A stretch of 27,656 nucleotides of DNA from a virus (lineage: Duplodnaviria; Caudoviricetes), in the IMG/VR virus record IMGVR_UViG_3300031823_000101, positions 1 through 27,656 of that record. One strand, 5' to 3'. Shown here in pieces: positions 1-8,278 of this stretch (position 1 is the first letter of the stretch; each line of letters begins with the position of its first letter). The notes below the pieces were generated by a model. That model ran no database searches. It was not told the origin of the DNA and saw nothing but the letters and a program-made list of their open reading frames with translations. A program made the translations under genes and the position numbers.

Positions 1-444
1 TTGAAAGACGACGTCGGACGCCGCCGCAACAAGAGTCGTTGGATCGACCGTGCTGAATTGAGCGGAGGAAATTCTGGCGAGTGCTCGACCATTGGGATAT
101 GCGTTGACGAGAGACGGACCGAGTCCTACCGTGTTGCTGCGGATCACGCGGCCATCCATCCGGTAATCCATGAAAGCGTTGGCGGAGGTCGCTCCAGCCC
201 CTTGGCGTCCCACCAGAATGGCCGACGACGGAATCGCGGCAAATGCTCCGCCGATTGAAAATGACGATCCTGGAGACGGATAGAATTCGCTGAAGCCGAC
301 TCGCGGGCTCATGTCGGACGATCGTAAGCCGATGATCGAAGCACACGGCAGCGGGGTGCCACTTGACGGGCTGAAGCCGGCGAAAAGATCGGCGTCGTTG
401 TCGGTGAAGAGCGGGACGAGCGGCGGGCGGGTGATTGTGGTCAA
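1..444 (-). CDS. Putative tail/virion structural protein, runs off the left edge (MTTITRPPLVPLFTDNDADLFAGF...)
   Basis: Not in the ORF track because there is no stop in the window. Read manually: TTG at 444 overlaps the TGA of the upstream gene (TTGA coupling) and the frame is open to base 1. Ser/Gly/Ala-rich, in tail gene context. Confidence 0.6.
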   Translation of the reverse strand, partial: MTTITRPPLVPLFTDNDADLFAGFSPSSGTPLPCASIIGLRSSDMSPRVGFSEFYPSPGSSFSIGGAFAAIPSSAILVGRQGAGATSANAFMDYRMDGRVIRSNTVGLGPSLVNAYPNGRALARISSAQFSTVDPTTLVAAASDVVFQ

Positions 445-1130
445 TTTTCGTCCGAGAATTTAATCGTGAAGTGCGGCAATGCAAGTTGCCTCCAGTCGGT
501 TCCGTGGGATGACGGGTTGATAACGTCGTCCCATTCGATCAACCAGTTACCTTGTGGCATCAAAACTCCGTAGCCTTTGATGCCGCTGTCTCTGGCCGAA
601 AACTGCCTGACGAACCGACCCGGTTTGAATCGCTCAAGCGGATCAGGCTCTGGAGCCGGCTTCGGCAACTCAGGCGGACGCGGAATGACGAGATGCTGGC
701 GAATCGCCGATTCTGAAAAACATTCATGGGAACTGGTATTCGCATGGCAGCTAAGAACGCCGCACAGCATGAAGGCGACGTCAGCAAGTTCCAAACTCTC
801 GTCGTTTAATTCGACGACCGCTAGTTGCCCATCCAGCGGTCGGCCAGGTTTCCATCCTGAATCAAACAACGACTTCGGATCGACATGGACGGTGTGCGTG
901 CCGTCTGGACTCGTTACGGTAATGATTCCGCCGAACTCAACTCGATAGCCGTCCGACGTAACCATGAATCCGCACGCATCCCGACAGAAGCGACGGAATA
1001 CGCCTTCGTTGACCACGATCGCAAGTTGCAATCCTTCAACCTCGATCCGCACATTGCCGCCAGAAATCGTACTCGTTACAAAAATCGCCCGATGGCCACG
1101 GTCCTTTAACTCGGCGTCTCTGATCGCCAT
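441..1130 (-). CDS. Hypothetical accessory protein, 229 aa (MAIRDAELKD...), paralog of 2507-3229
   Basis: AGGAG about 8 nt upstream of ATG 1130. The track's extension to 1538 overlaps the next gene. Shares the blocks RRxCRxxCG, SDGY, SGWxPG and HLxIPxPP with the 240-aa protein. Confidence 0.75.
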   Translation of the reverse strand: MAIRDAELKDRGHRAIFVTSTISGGNVRIEVEGLQLAIVVNEGVFRRFCRDACGFMVTSDGYRVEFGGIITVTSPDGTHTVHVDPKSLFDSGWKPGRPLDGQLAVVELNDESLELADVAFMLCGVLSCHANTSSHECFSESAIRQHLVIPRPPELPKPAPEPDPLERFKPGRFVRQFSARDSGIKGYGVLMPQGNWLIEWDDVINPSSHGTDWRQLALPHFTIKFSDEN

Positions 1131-1141
1131 TTCGCCATCTC

Positions 1142-2503
1142 CTATTCCACCGCCGAAACAACCGTCGTGGCCCCGTCCGCATTGAGTCGCCAAGTCACGT
1201 TCTCGACGAGCGAGCCGGGAAGGAAACCGATGATGCCGTCGTAAGTAAACACCTTCGCACGCATCGCTTGATCGCGGGCCTGAAGATAGGCAGCGACAAG
1301 ATACGTGGCGAGCGTCTGCATCGAAGCGTAGTTCGTCGGGTACGTGGTCTGCTCTTGCCAAACGACTGAACCGTCCGCGATCGTCGCACCGGTTCCGGTC
1401 GGCCAAACCGGTTGCGTGCCGCCGCTTGTCCCGGCCGTGGTCGCAATGTACGTGTGCCCGTTGTCTCCGTCGACCAGTGTTCCAAGTGCGTAAGCCATTG
1501 TCGCGGTCCACTGGATTGACGCGGGAATTCCGCCGCAAGGCATCTGGGCATCGAGCGGAGCATAGATCACGTCCGTCGTGCCCGGCATCGGCGTGACTCC
1601 GCCCGGATAGGTCGTCGGCGTGACGCTCAGCACGTAATACGGGCCTTCCGTCAACTGCTGCTCCGGCGTCCCGCTGTAGACCGCCAGAAACATGACGTCA
1701 AGCGAGGCTGGAAACCATGTCGAATTCGAGTCGATCGGATTGGTCGCGTCCAAGAGCGATGAGGCCGACGCCGTTTGCAGGGTCGTGAACGTCCCGTCGA
1801 TCGCACCGAGCGGCACAATGCTAAAACTGCCGCCTTGTGTCGGTTTGTAGACCAGCGAGAAAAAGACGGACGCGAGTGCTTGTTGAAACGCGGCGAGCGG
1901 CGAATCTTCGATGAAGCGGAACCGCTCCGGATTCTGTTCGGGGAACAATGCTGAGTTGACCGACGGAGCGGTCATGGCCGGCACGAGCGAGAGTTGCGTC
2001 CAGACGTTCGCCAGCATAGTTTCCCATGCCCACGGACCGACGCCCGGACCGGCACCCCCGCCGTAGAGTGTGGCCGCTGTGGGATTCTCGCTGTCGGCCC
2101 AATATTCTGCGGTTGGGACCGCCAGCGATCGCAGGTTGTACGCCTTGGTGAACGTGCTCCGCAGCATGAGGTAACGGACGTCGGCCAGTGTGCAGCGGTA
2201 GAGGGCGTTCGGATCGCCGGCAGCGCCGTAAACGACCTGCTCGGCCGTCAGGTAGACCATTTGCGACGCTGAGACTTGCGACTGGCCGCAGCCCAAGACT
2301 AGCGGTTGTGGCGTGCTCAACGACTGCCACTGAGTCACGGTCGACTGCGTGCCGAGAATCGTCGCGTAGCCGGGGCCGATGCCGCGTGGACACGAATAGG
2401 AGTTAGCGTCGCCTATCAGGTCGGCATCGTCGCCAAGCTGGTCTGCGGCTTGCATGGCCGAGATGATGGGGAGGCCGGCGAAGGAAGCGAAAAGTTGAGA
2501 GAT
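1142..2503 (-). CDS. Tail/baseplate hub-like protein containing a CBM-like W-x4-AY...TSG-x2-P-x-W module; probable ATC start at 2503 (first ATG is at 2455)
   Basis: 437-aa ORF extends in frame to GGAG-TGA-GCC-ATC, giving MSQLFASFAGLPIISAMQ. Composition and context are virion-like. Confidence 0.65.
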   Translation of the reverse strand: MSQLFASFAGLPIISAMQAADQLGDDADLIGDANSYSCPRGIGPGYATILGTQSTVTQWQSLSTPQPLVLGCGQSQVSASQMVYLTAEQVVYGAAGDPNALYRCTLADVRYLMLRSTFTKAYNLRSLAVPTAEYWADSENPTAATLYGGGAGPGVGPWAWETMLANVWTQLSLVPAMTAPSVNSALFPEQNPERFRFIEDSPLAAFQQALASVFFSLVYKPTQGGSFSIVPLGAIDGTFTTLQTASASSLLDATNPIDSNSTWFPASLDVMFLAVYSGTPEQQLTEGPYYVLSVTPTTYPGGVTPMPGTTDVIYAPLDAQMPCGGIPASIQWTATMAYALGTLVDGDNGHTYIATTAGTSGGTQPVWPTGTGATIADGSVVWQEQTTYPTNYASMQTLATYLVAAYLQARDQAMRAKVFTYDGIIGFLPGSLVENVTWRLNADGATTVVSAVE

Positions 2504-2506
2504 GGC

Positions 2507-3229
2507 TCACTCCGCGATCTGAATGAAGCTTGATTCTTTGTGGCCGGCTTGCAAGATTCCTGTGTCGTCCGGAATGAAACAATAGCTCAATTTGTCGTTA
2601 AATCCCCATCCGACGCGGCATGGCCTGCCGCCGCTTTCAATCGCGGTTCGCACCCTCACCCATTTCGGCGGTTCGGGAATCGGCTTCGGTGCGGGAGGAT
2701 CTGGGATGAAGAGGTGGGCACTGATGTCTTCCAGTTTATACGACGTGCCGTCGTGAAAATCGACGCGTCCGGCAGATATATTCTTCAGCGTTGCCACTTT
2801 GCACGCCACACCACGTAGTTCGGCGACGCAAAGGCCAGCTTGGGTTTCAGTCGGCGGACCGGGGAGCCAGCCTGAGGGCGATTGTGGTTCACACTCGAAT
2901 TCATCGCAGCGGTCGCGGAACTGAGTCCATTCGGCCACCGTGTGAGACATGACCGCTCCGCTCGGAGTTGTCATTTCGATTATGTCGCCCTTGATCTCGG
3001 CACAGTACCCATCAGACCCGTTAATCGCTTGGGTCCAAGCCGCTCCGCACGACTTGCGGCAGAGGCGACGCCATTCGGATTCCGGCATCGTGACGTGCGT
3101 CGAACAATAGGAAGATGCAGCTATTGCGACTTCAACCCCGTCCGTTCCGTCTGGGGCCACAAAGACGGAGACGCCTCGCGGAATCAAGACATTCGTGTCG
3201 TTGCTTGCCCTGTAGGCTTTGATCGCCAT
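2507..3229 (-). CDS. Hypothetical accessory protein, 240 aa, paralog of 441-1130
   Basis: Strong SD (TAAGGAG) upstream of the ATG, own promoter at 3279-3307, shared motifs with the paralog. Confidence 0.8.
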   Translation of the reverse strand: MAIKAYRASNDTNVLIPRGVSVFVAPDGTDGVEVAIAASSYCSTHVTMPESEWRRLCRKSCGAAWTQAINGSDGYCAEIKGDIIEMTTPSGAVMSHTVAEWTQFRDRCDEFECEPQSPSGWLPGPPTETQAGLCVAELRGVACKVATLKNISAGRVDFHDGTSYKLEDISAHLFIPDPPAPKPIPEPPKWVRVRTAIESGGRPCRVGWGFNDKLSYCFIPDDTGILQAGHKESSFIQIAE

Positions 3230-3278
3230 CGTGATCGCTCCTTACTGGGGTCTATTTGACAACGTCGTCTGAGCAACC

Positions 3279-3307
3279 ATCGTGGCAAAGCGGGACATGG
3301 CTGTCAA
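3279..3307 (-). promoter_or_regulatory. Sigma70-like promoter with CATGTC box
   Basis: TTGACA-GCCATGTCCCGCTTTGC(17 nt)-CACGAT upstream of 3229. Confidence 0.65.
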
Positions 3308-3310
3308 ACT

Positions 3311-5944
3311 TTACGGGAGCCGCTTGGTAGGCCAAAACGCCCATGCCGCGATGCCGGATTCGAGGACGACCCGCTTGCGGCGGTAGAACTTATGCTCCCA
3401 ATCGTCCAGTGCCTTCAGATCATCGGCCGAGACGTTGACGCGGAAGCCGCTGACTTCGTGGTCCGGATCGGGATTCAAATCGGAGAAGCCTTCATCAAAT
3501 TCCTTGTGCTCGTAGCCTTCGATCGAGTCGGCCGTCATCGAGACTTCGTGGCCAACGACCTTGGCGAACAGTGAGCCGCTTTTCAGGCTTCCATAGACAA
3601 AGATCGGCAGTGTTTTCTTTCCGGCCGACATTTGCTCGATGCGGCCGTCCATGCTCATTTGCTGTTTTTTCTCTCCGATCGCCGACTTGATCTGGTCTGG
3701 CTTGAAAACGATATAGACGTCGGTGAATGGATTGTAACTTTCCGCCCCCGGTTCAGCCGATGTGAGATCGTAGGAGTTCTTGATGATGATGCCGTCGTAG
3801 CCAATCACGCCAGCCGGATCGGCATCGTATTTTTTCTTGTTCGCGATGATGTCGTGCTCAAGCGTCTTTCGCATCGCTTCGAGTTTGGCGAGGTCTTGCT
3901 GAGGCGGTCCCAGATCATCGTATTCCGCCCAGCCTGGATACTCTTGTAGCAAATCCCAACGCAGCTGCTTGAATCGCCGTTCCTCTTCTGTGCGATATGT
4001 CTCGATGTTATCAGCGACTTCGCCGAGCGAGTCGGCCCACGATTCGCCGTTAGCGTTGATTCGCAACGGATGCTGAATTGAGAGGTAAACCGGGCGAATG
4101 TTGCCGCCCTCTGTTTGAGCGTAGCTGTCTGCGACGTCTGGATTGCTCGCGAAAAAATAGCACGGCACGCCGATCATCGAACTTTGCGTGTTTCCGCCGA
4201 TACGCGATTGAAACTGATCGAAATCCTTTCCGGTCCCATGAAACACGACCAGCGGTCGCCCTTTCTCGTCTGTCACTTCTGAATCGGAGAACCACGCCTT
4301 GAATCCTTTTCTCTCTGGCGTCTTTTTTGGTTCTGGATTTTCTTCGAGTTGGGCCTGCTGTTCTGGCGTCGCCTGCTCTAATGCCTCTGACGGAATGAAC
4401 TCGCCACCTTCAAAAAATTGATTGGCGATTCTAATGCCGTTTTTCGGGGCGTGGCGAATCGCCATTTGCACCGTCTCGTCCCCCCTTGGAGGACGCCCGA
4501 CGAAAAAATCAGTTTGACCGTTTCTGCCCGGTCCAAACCCATTGAAATGCCCCAACCGCTGCCGGCCGCCGTTGACCGTGAACCGCAAGTCAGTCGCAGC
4601 ATAACCGCCAAACGCCGCCGCCGCCTTTTTGAAAATCTTCCGGTGACGTGGACGGATGCTGGAATCGTCCATCGAGAACTGCTGTGCGTCGTCGGCCCGT
4701 TTCTTCATTGAACGTGTATCAGGCCCTTCCATATTGTCAGCACCGTCAATCGCGTCGGCCGGGTCGCCGCCTTCGCCGGTCAACTCATCCGGCATCAGGC
4801 GTTCGATGTCCACTTCCGCCTGCACGTCGTAATCGACCTTGCCAAAGTTGAGTTGCACAAGCGGGTCCCAAACCTGCTCTTTCTCATCGAGGGCGATCTG
4901 CCGGACCGTCTGCTGCTCGCTCAAGATGAAGGCCCGGAACGGCACCGAGCGGCCCGCCCGCGAACCAGACTCGCTCACGGCGGTCACGATGTCATCGGGG
5001 ATTTCAAGGCCGTGCAACGTCTCGCCGCGAAGTTCCTTGAGGTAGTCGTGCAGCCCCTGAGCCTCGCCGTTGAACTTCGGCTCGATGATGGCCCACATGG
5101 GATTTCCTTTTTCATCGAACACGGCCGGATAGCCCCAGACGGCACCCGCGGTGATTGACTCGACCATCTGCCGAGCTAAGTCGCGGTAGGGAATTTTCTG
5201 GATCACGCCGTTGGAATCCTGCCAAGTGTAGTCACCCGGAGGATGCTGAATGCCCCAACCGCTATAGACGTTTTTGTAGAACCACATGAGGCGGAGAGCG
5301 AGTGCCCCGCGTTGATCCCACTTTTCCAGCCACGTCTTATAGCAGCCGAGCAAATCCGAGCGGCCGTTCCAACTGCTGAACCGGCGATTGTGAACGTAGA
5401 CGAACGACTTCGGGGCCAGCAGCTTGATTTCGCCCTTGTCGGTTAACTCGGATTTCTCGTCGCCTTCGTAAGTGGGCCCGGCCTCCGTGCCGGAGTGTGC
5501 ATGAATGCGGATGCCGGCCAAGATGCCCGTCCGTGTGAGAATGCTCATGTCGGCCGAGTAAACGTCGCGGAGCCCAGCCAAGTGGACAAGGCCGTCGTCG
5601 CCCAGCTTGAACAGGTTTTCCCCGCCGCTCCGCGTGTACCATCGGCCTTCGAGCACCCGTGGCATCGTGTAATACCAAGTCGTCGTGATCTGCCGCTTGA
5701 CGTACTCGGCCACTGCCGGATCGCCGTCGATGTTGAACTTTACGGTGAGGCACGGGGCATACTTAATCGCCATGCCCAGCCGAATGTCGCCGTCGAACTT
5801 CATTTGCTCGACATGGCGGATCGTGAAAACCGGCAGGCCAAGCGACGTGAGAGCCGGGAGAGCCAATCCCCAGCCGCTCGGACGGTAGCCGGCAGTGCGG
5901 AACTCCATCAACTGTCGAACGGTCTGGGGAACGACTTCAAGCAT
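3311..5944 (-). CDS. Portal protein (Mu gp29/DUF935-like) fused to an ART-PolyVal-like ADP-ribosyltransferase and a C-terminal gamma-glutamylcyclotransferase (GGCT/AIG2-like) domain
   Basis: The N-terminal ~380 aa are portal-like (GRSDLLGCYKTW, SGSRAGRSV, VWDPLVQLNFG). ~4303-3677: FKAWFSDSEVTDEKGRPLVVFHGT...FFAS...PVYLSIQHP...GYDGIII...YIVFKPDQIKSAIG. ~3612-3314: IFVYGSLK...LKALDDWE...YRR. Confidence 0.85.
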   Translation of the reverse strand: MLEVVPQTVRQLMEFRTAGYRPSGWGLALPALTSLGLPVFTIRHVEQMKFDGDIRLGMAIKYAPCLTVKFNIDGDPAVAEYVKRQITTTWYYTMPRVLEGRWYTRSGGENLFKLGDDGLVHLAGLRDVYSADMSILTRTGILAGIRIHAHSGTEAGPTYEGDEKSELTDKGEIKLLAPKSFVYVHNRRFSSWNGRSDLLGCYKTWLEKWDQRGALALRLMWFYKNVYSGWGIQHPPGDYTWQDSNGVIQKIPYRDLARQMVESITAGAVWGYPAVFDEKGNPMWAIIEPKFNGEAQGLHDYLKELRGETLHGLEIPDDIVTAVSESGSRAGRSVPFRAFILSEQQTVRQIALDEKEQVWDPLVQLNFGKVDYDVQAEVDIERLMPDELTGEGGDPADAIDGADNMEGPDTRSMKKRADDAQQFSMDDSSIRPRHRKIFKKAAAAFGGYAATDLRFTVNGGRQRLGHFNGFGPGRNGQTDFFVGRPPRGDETVQMAIRHAPKNGIRIANQFFEGGEFIPSEALEQATPEQQAQLEENPEPKKTPERKGFKAWFSDSEVTDEKGRPLVVFHGTGKDFDQFQSRIGGNTQSSMIGVPCYFFASNPDVADSYAQTEGGNIRPVYLSIQHPLRINANGESWADSLGEVADNIETYRTEEERRFKQLRWDLLQEYPGWAEYDDLGPPQQDLAKLEAMRKTLEHDIIANKKKYDADPAGVIGYDGIIIKNSYDLTSAEPGAESYNPFTDVYIVFKPDQIKSAIGEKKQQMSMDGRIEQMSAGKKTLPIFVYGSLKSGSLFAKVVGHEVSMTADSIEGYEHKEFDEGFSDLNPDPDHEVSGFRVNVSADDLKALDDWEHKFYRRKRVVLESGIAAWAFWPTKRLP

Positions 5945-6546
5945 CTAGCGTCCTGCGTTGGCTTTCGCTTCGGCCGCAACAAAAGCGTCGATATATGCTT
6001 CCCATTCGTCCGCGACTTCGGCCGCGATCTGCTTTTCTTCCGGTTCCTGCTGCGTGGATCGCTGGGCTGTCATTCGTTTCAGGTCCGCGACGTAATCCTT
6101 GGTCGGGCTGTCGTCGTAAATCCGTCTCAGGGACTCGTCGGCTCGGATGCGGTCGATGGCTCTGTTGAATCCGATGCGGGCGTTTCGTCCGATGGTTCGG
6201 GGATCGATGTTTGGGCAGTAGAATGCAATCCGAACCGTTTGATAAAAAAACGGTCAAGTTCGCCCGCCTTGTCCGCGACTTTCTCGTAAAAGGCCCATGC
6301 CATGTGCAGGCTGACGTCGACGCCGAACTTATTCTTGACGTAACCTTGGACAATCAGCGTGAAGCGGATGCCGTTCTGATCCTCTTTGTTTGGCGTGAGC
6401 TTGGCGATGCTTTCAATGACTTCCAGCGGCGAGATTTTGAACGTCTTGCCGGCGATGACCAGCGTGATCCAGCCGACGTCGTCGCCGAGGTCAATCGTGT
6501 CATCCTTTGGCGGTTGATCGAAATCAGAATTTGTTGGTTGGGTCAT
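5945..6546 (-). CDS. Tail assembly chaperone GT-like -1 frameshift product, about 200 aa
   Basis: Slippery heptamer T TTT TTT at 6250-6244 in the frame of 6127-6546. The -1 frame stays open (YQTVRIAFYCPNIDP...EAKANAGR) to TAG at 5947-5945, which abuts the portal ATG. Confidence 0.75.
6127..6546 (-). CDS. Tail assembly chaperone G-like protein, 139 aa
   Basis: Small acidic ORF with a low-complexity tail after the slippery site, as in G/GT chaperones. Confidence 0.7.
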   Translation of the reverse strand: MTQPTNSDFDQPPKDDTIDLGDDVGWITLVIAGKTFKISPLEVIESIAKLTPNKEDQNGIRFTLIVQGYVKNKFGVDVSLHMAWAFYEKVADKAGELDRFFIKRFGLHSTAQTSIPEPSDETPASDSTEPSTASEPTSP

Positions 6547-8275
6547 TTGCTGTTGCCACCAGAAGTCCGGAAACGTCGCCCGTCAGCACCGTCGCCAACG
6601 TGGTCGGGTCATTTACTTGGAAAACAATGTACCAAATCGATCCGTAAAGCGTAGCCCCGAAGTAGTTCTGAAACGCTGCCGGCTCGATCTTCGAGTAAAT
6701 CTGCGTCCAGCCAGATTGCTGCGTCATCTGCTGAATAACCGACGGCAATTCGACAGGCTGATTCGCTCGCAGGGCGTAGCCGCGGGAGACGACGTAGACC
6801 GGATTCTGCCCTGAAATCTGCGTCTGCGGCACGGGGAGAGTCGTATCGGCGGCTGGAATCGATGGCTGGCCAGGGCTCCCATTCCCGTAATACAGAGCCC
6901 CAAGGCTCCCGTTGCTCTCTGCCGGCGGAGTTGTCGGCAGAGGAAAATGCGTCGTCGAATTATCGCCGCTCTCCACGTGAATGCGATGATCCCAGTCTTT
7001 GTACGTCGTATCACCGAGACTGTTCTGTAGCGGATACGTGTATTGCGGCGGTTGCTGCTGCCCGGGCGTGTAATTGATCGACGATTGCGAGGATCCGGGG
7101 TGGCAATAATCGACGATCAGGTCGTCCGCAGGATTCATGTACAATCCGGCCCCACCGCGAGACAGCCACGCCGAATTGTTCATGGTCGTTTGCCAGTCGC
7201 CCCAATCTGTCGACTGCACCGGCATGAACAGGCCGGTTTTCGTCGCCATGTTGTTCAAGTCTTGCATGTTGTTGACGTAAAAACTGATCGAAAAGTTGAT
7301 CCGTTGGCTATTGAATAACGACTCAGAAATGTCGACATCCTGAAGAAAACAGGCCGCGCCCTGATCCCTGATTGCTTGGACTCTTTCCTGCATGATCATC
7401 AGGGCCACGAGCCAACCCCATCCGTTCGCCTGCGGTTTAACAATTTCAACGGAACCGCTGATCACGCAGTTCGCGATGACAAAATTACCGTTCGCCCTGT
7501 CGCGTTTCGCTCTGGATCGTTGGGTGACTTGGATATCGCTGACGAATTGCGGATAGGCGTTTTGACCGGCGACCTCTTTACAGACTCCGACAAAATCCAT
7601 GCGGCTCTTGTCTTCGCTGATTTTGTAGTCCTGACTGACCAGAATGAAGCCAAGTGGGACCTGAAATTGAAATGCGTCACGCTGTTGATCGGCGTTGTAA
7701 GTGATGCTGGTTGCTCCGGGACTTGAGCGATTCAGGGCGATCGCCAAGTGTCCGTGCGTCGTGACCGTCGTTAATCCCGTCTGGTTGATCGAGAAATCCT
7801 GCGTCCAAACGTAGTCGAGCAACCGATTCTGTTGGCCGACAAAGCTATAGGAGCTGGGGCATTGGGCGATCGCCACCTCGCACGTCCAGTGAACTTGCAT
7901 CACCGCATTGGAAGCAACGGGCCGGTACGCAATCGCCTGTGACTTGGGACCGTACAGCACGTCCACGTTTTGCGAGGTCGTATTGACGCTCAGGCCACCG
8001 TAGCCCAGTCCGCTGAACTCAAGAGGTCCGCCCGGCTGATTGAGCAGGGCCATAATCATCTCGGAATTCATGCCCGCATCGCCGCCGCCGCCGCCAAGTC
8101 CGGTGATGTCGTCGCTAAGGACAAAATCCGTCTCAAGTCGATAGACGTTGTAGAGATTTGTGCGATTGGCACTATCCGGCTGCGGGCGGCAAGAGAATCG
8201 CGTATGGACACGCGGCCCGGCAATGGTCACGCCGTTGTAAGAAATCGTGCCGAGTGCTGGGAGAGTGATTGGCAT
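6524..8275 (-). CDS. Putative tail protein (distal tail/baseplate-like), 583 aa
   Basis: Directly follows the tape-measure-like gene. Beta-rich N/Q/S/T composition and an N-terminal GTISYNG motif. Confidence 0.6.
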   Translation of the reverse strand: MPITLPALGTISYNGVTIAGPRVHTRFSCRPQPDSANRTNLYNVYRLETDFVLSDDITGLGGGGGDAGMNSEMIMALLNQPGGPLEFSGLGYGGLSVNTTSQNVDVLYGPKSQAIAYRPVASNAVMQVHWTCEVAIAQCPSSYSFVGQQNRLLDYVWTQDFSINQTGLTTVTTHGHLAIALNRSSPGATSITYNADQQRDAFQFQVPLGFILVSQDYKISEDKSRMDFVGVCKEVAGQNAYPQFVSDIQVTQRSRAKRDRANGNFVIANCVISGSVEIVKPQANGWGWLVALMIMQERVQAIRDQGAACFLQDVDISESLFNSQRINFSISFYVNNMQDLNNMATKTGLFMPVQSTDWGDWQTTMNNSAWLSRGGAGLYMNPADDLIVDYCHPGSSQSSINYTPGQQQPPQYTYPLQNSLGDTTYKDWDHRIHVESGDNSTTHFPLPTTPPAESNGSLGALYYGNGSPGQPSIPAADTTLPVPQTQISGQNPVYVVSRGYALRANQPVELPSVIQQMTQQSGWTQIYSKIEPAAFQNYFGATLYGSIWYIVFQVNDPTTLATVLTGDVSGLLVATANDPTNKF

Positions 8276-8278
8276 AAA

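Noticed and set aside
1131-1538. N-terminal extension of the 365-aa track ORF
   Set aside because: Overlaps the tail gene out of frame; the SD and the paralog alignment place the start at 1130.
5937-6353. 138-aa ORF as the frameshift partner of the chaperone
   Set aside because: It is the +1 frame with implausible composition; the -1 frame ending at 5945 fits better.
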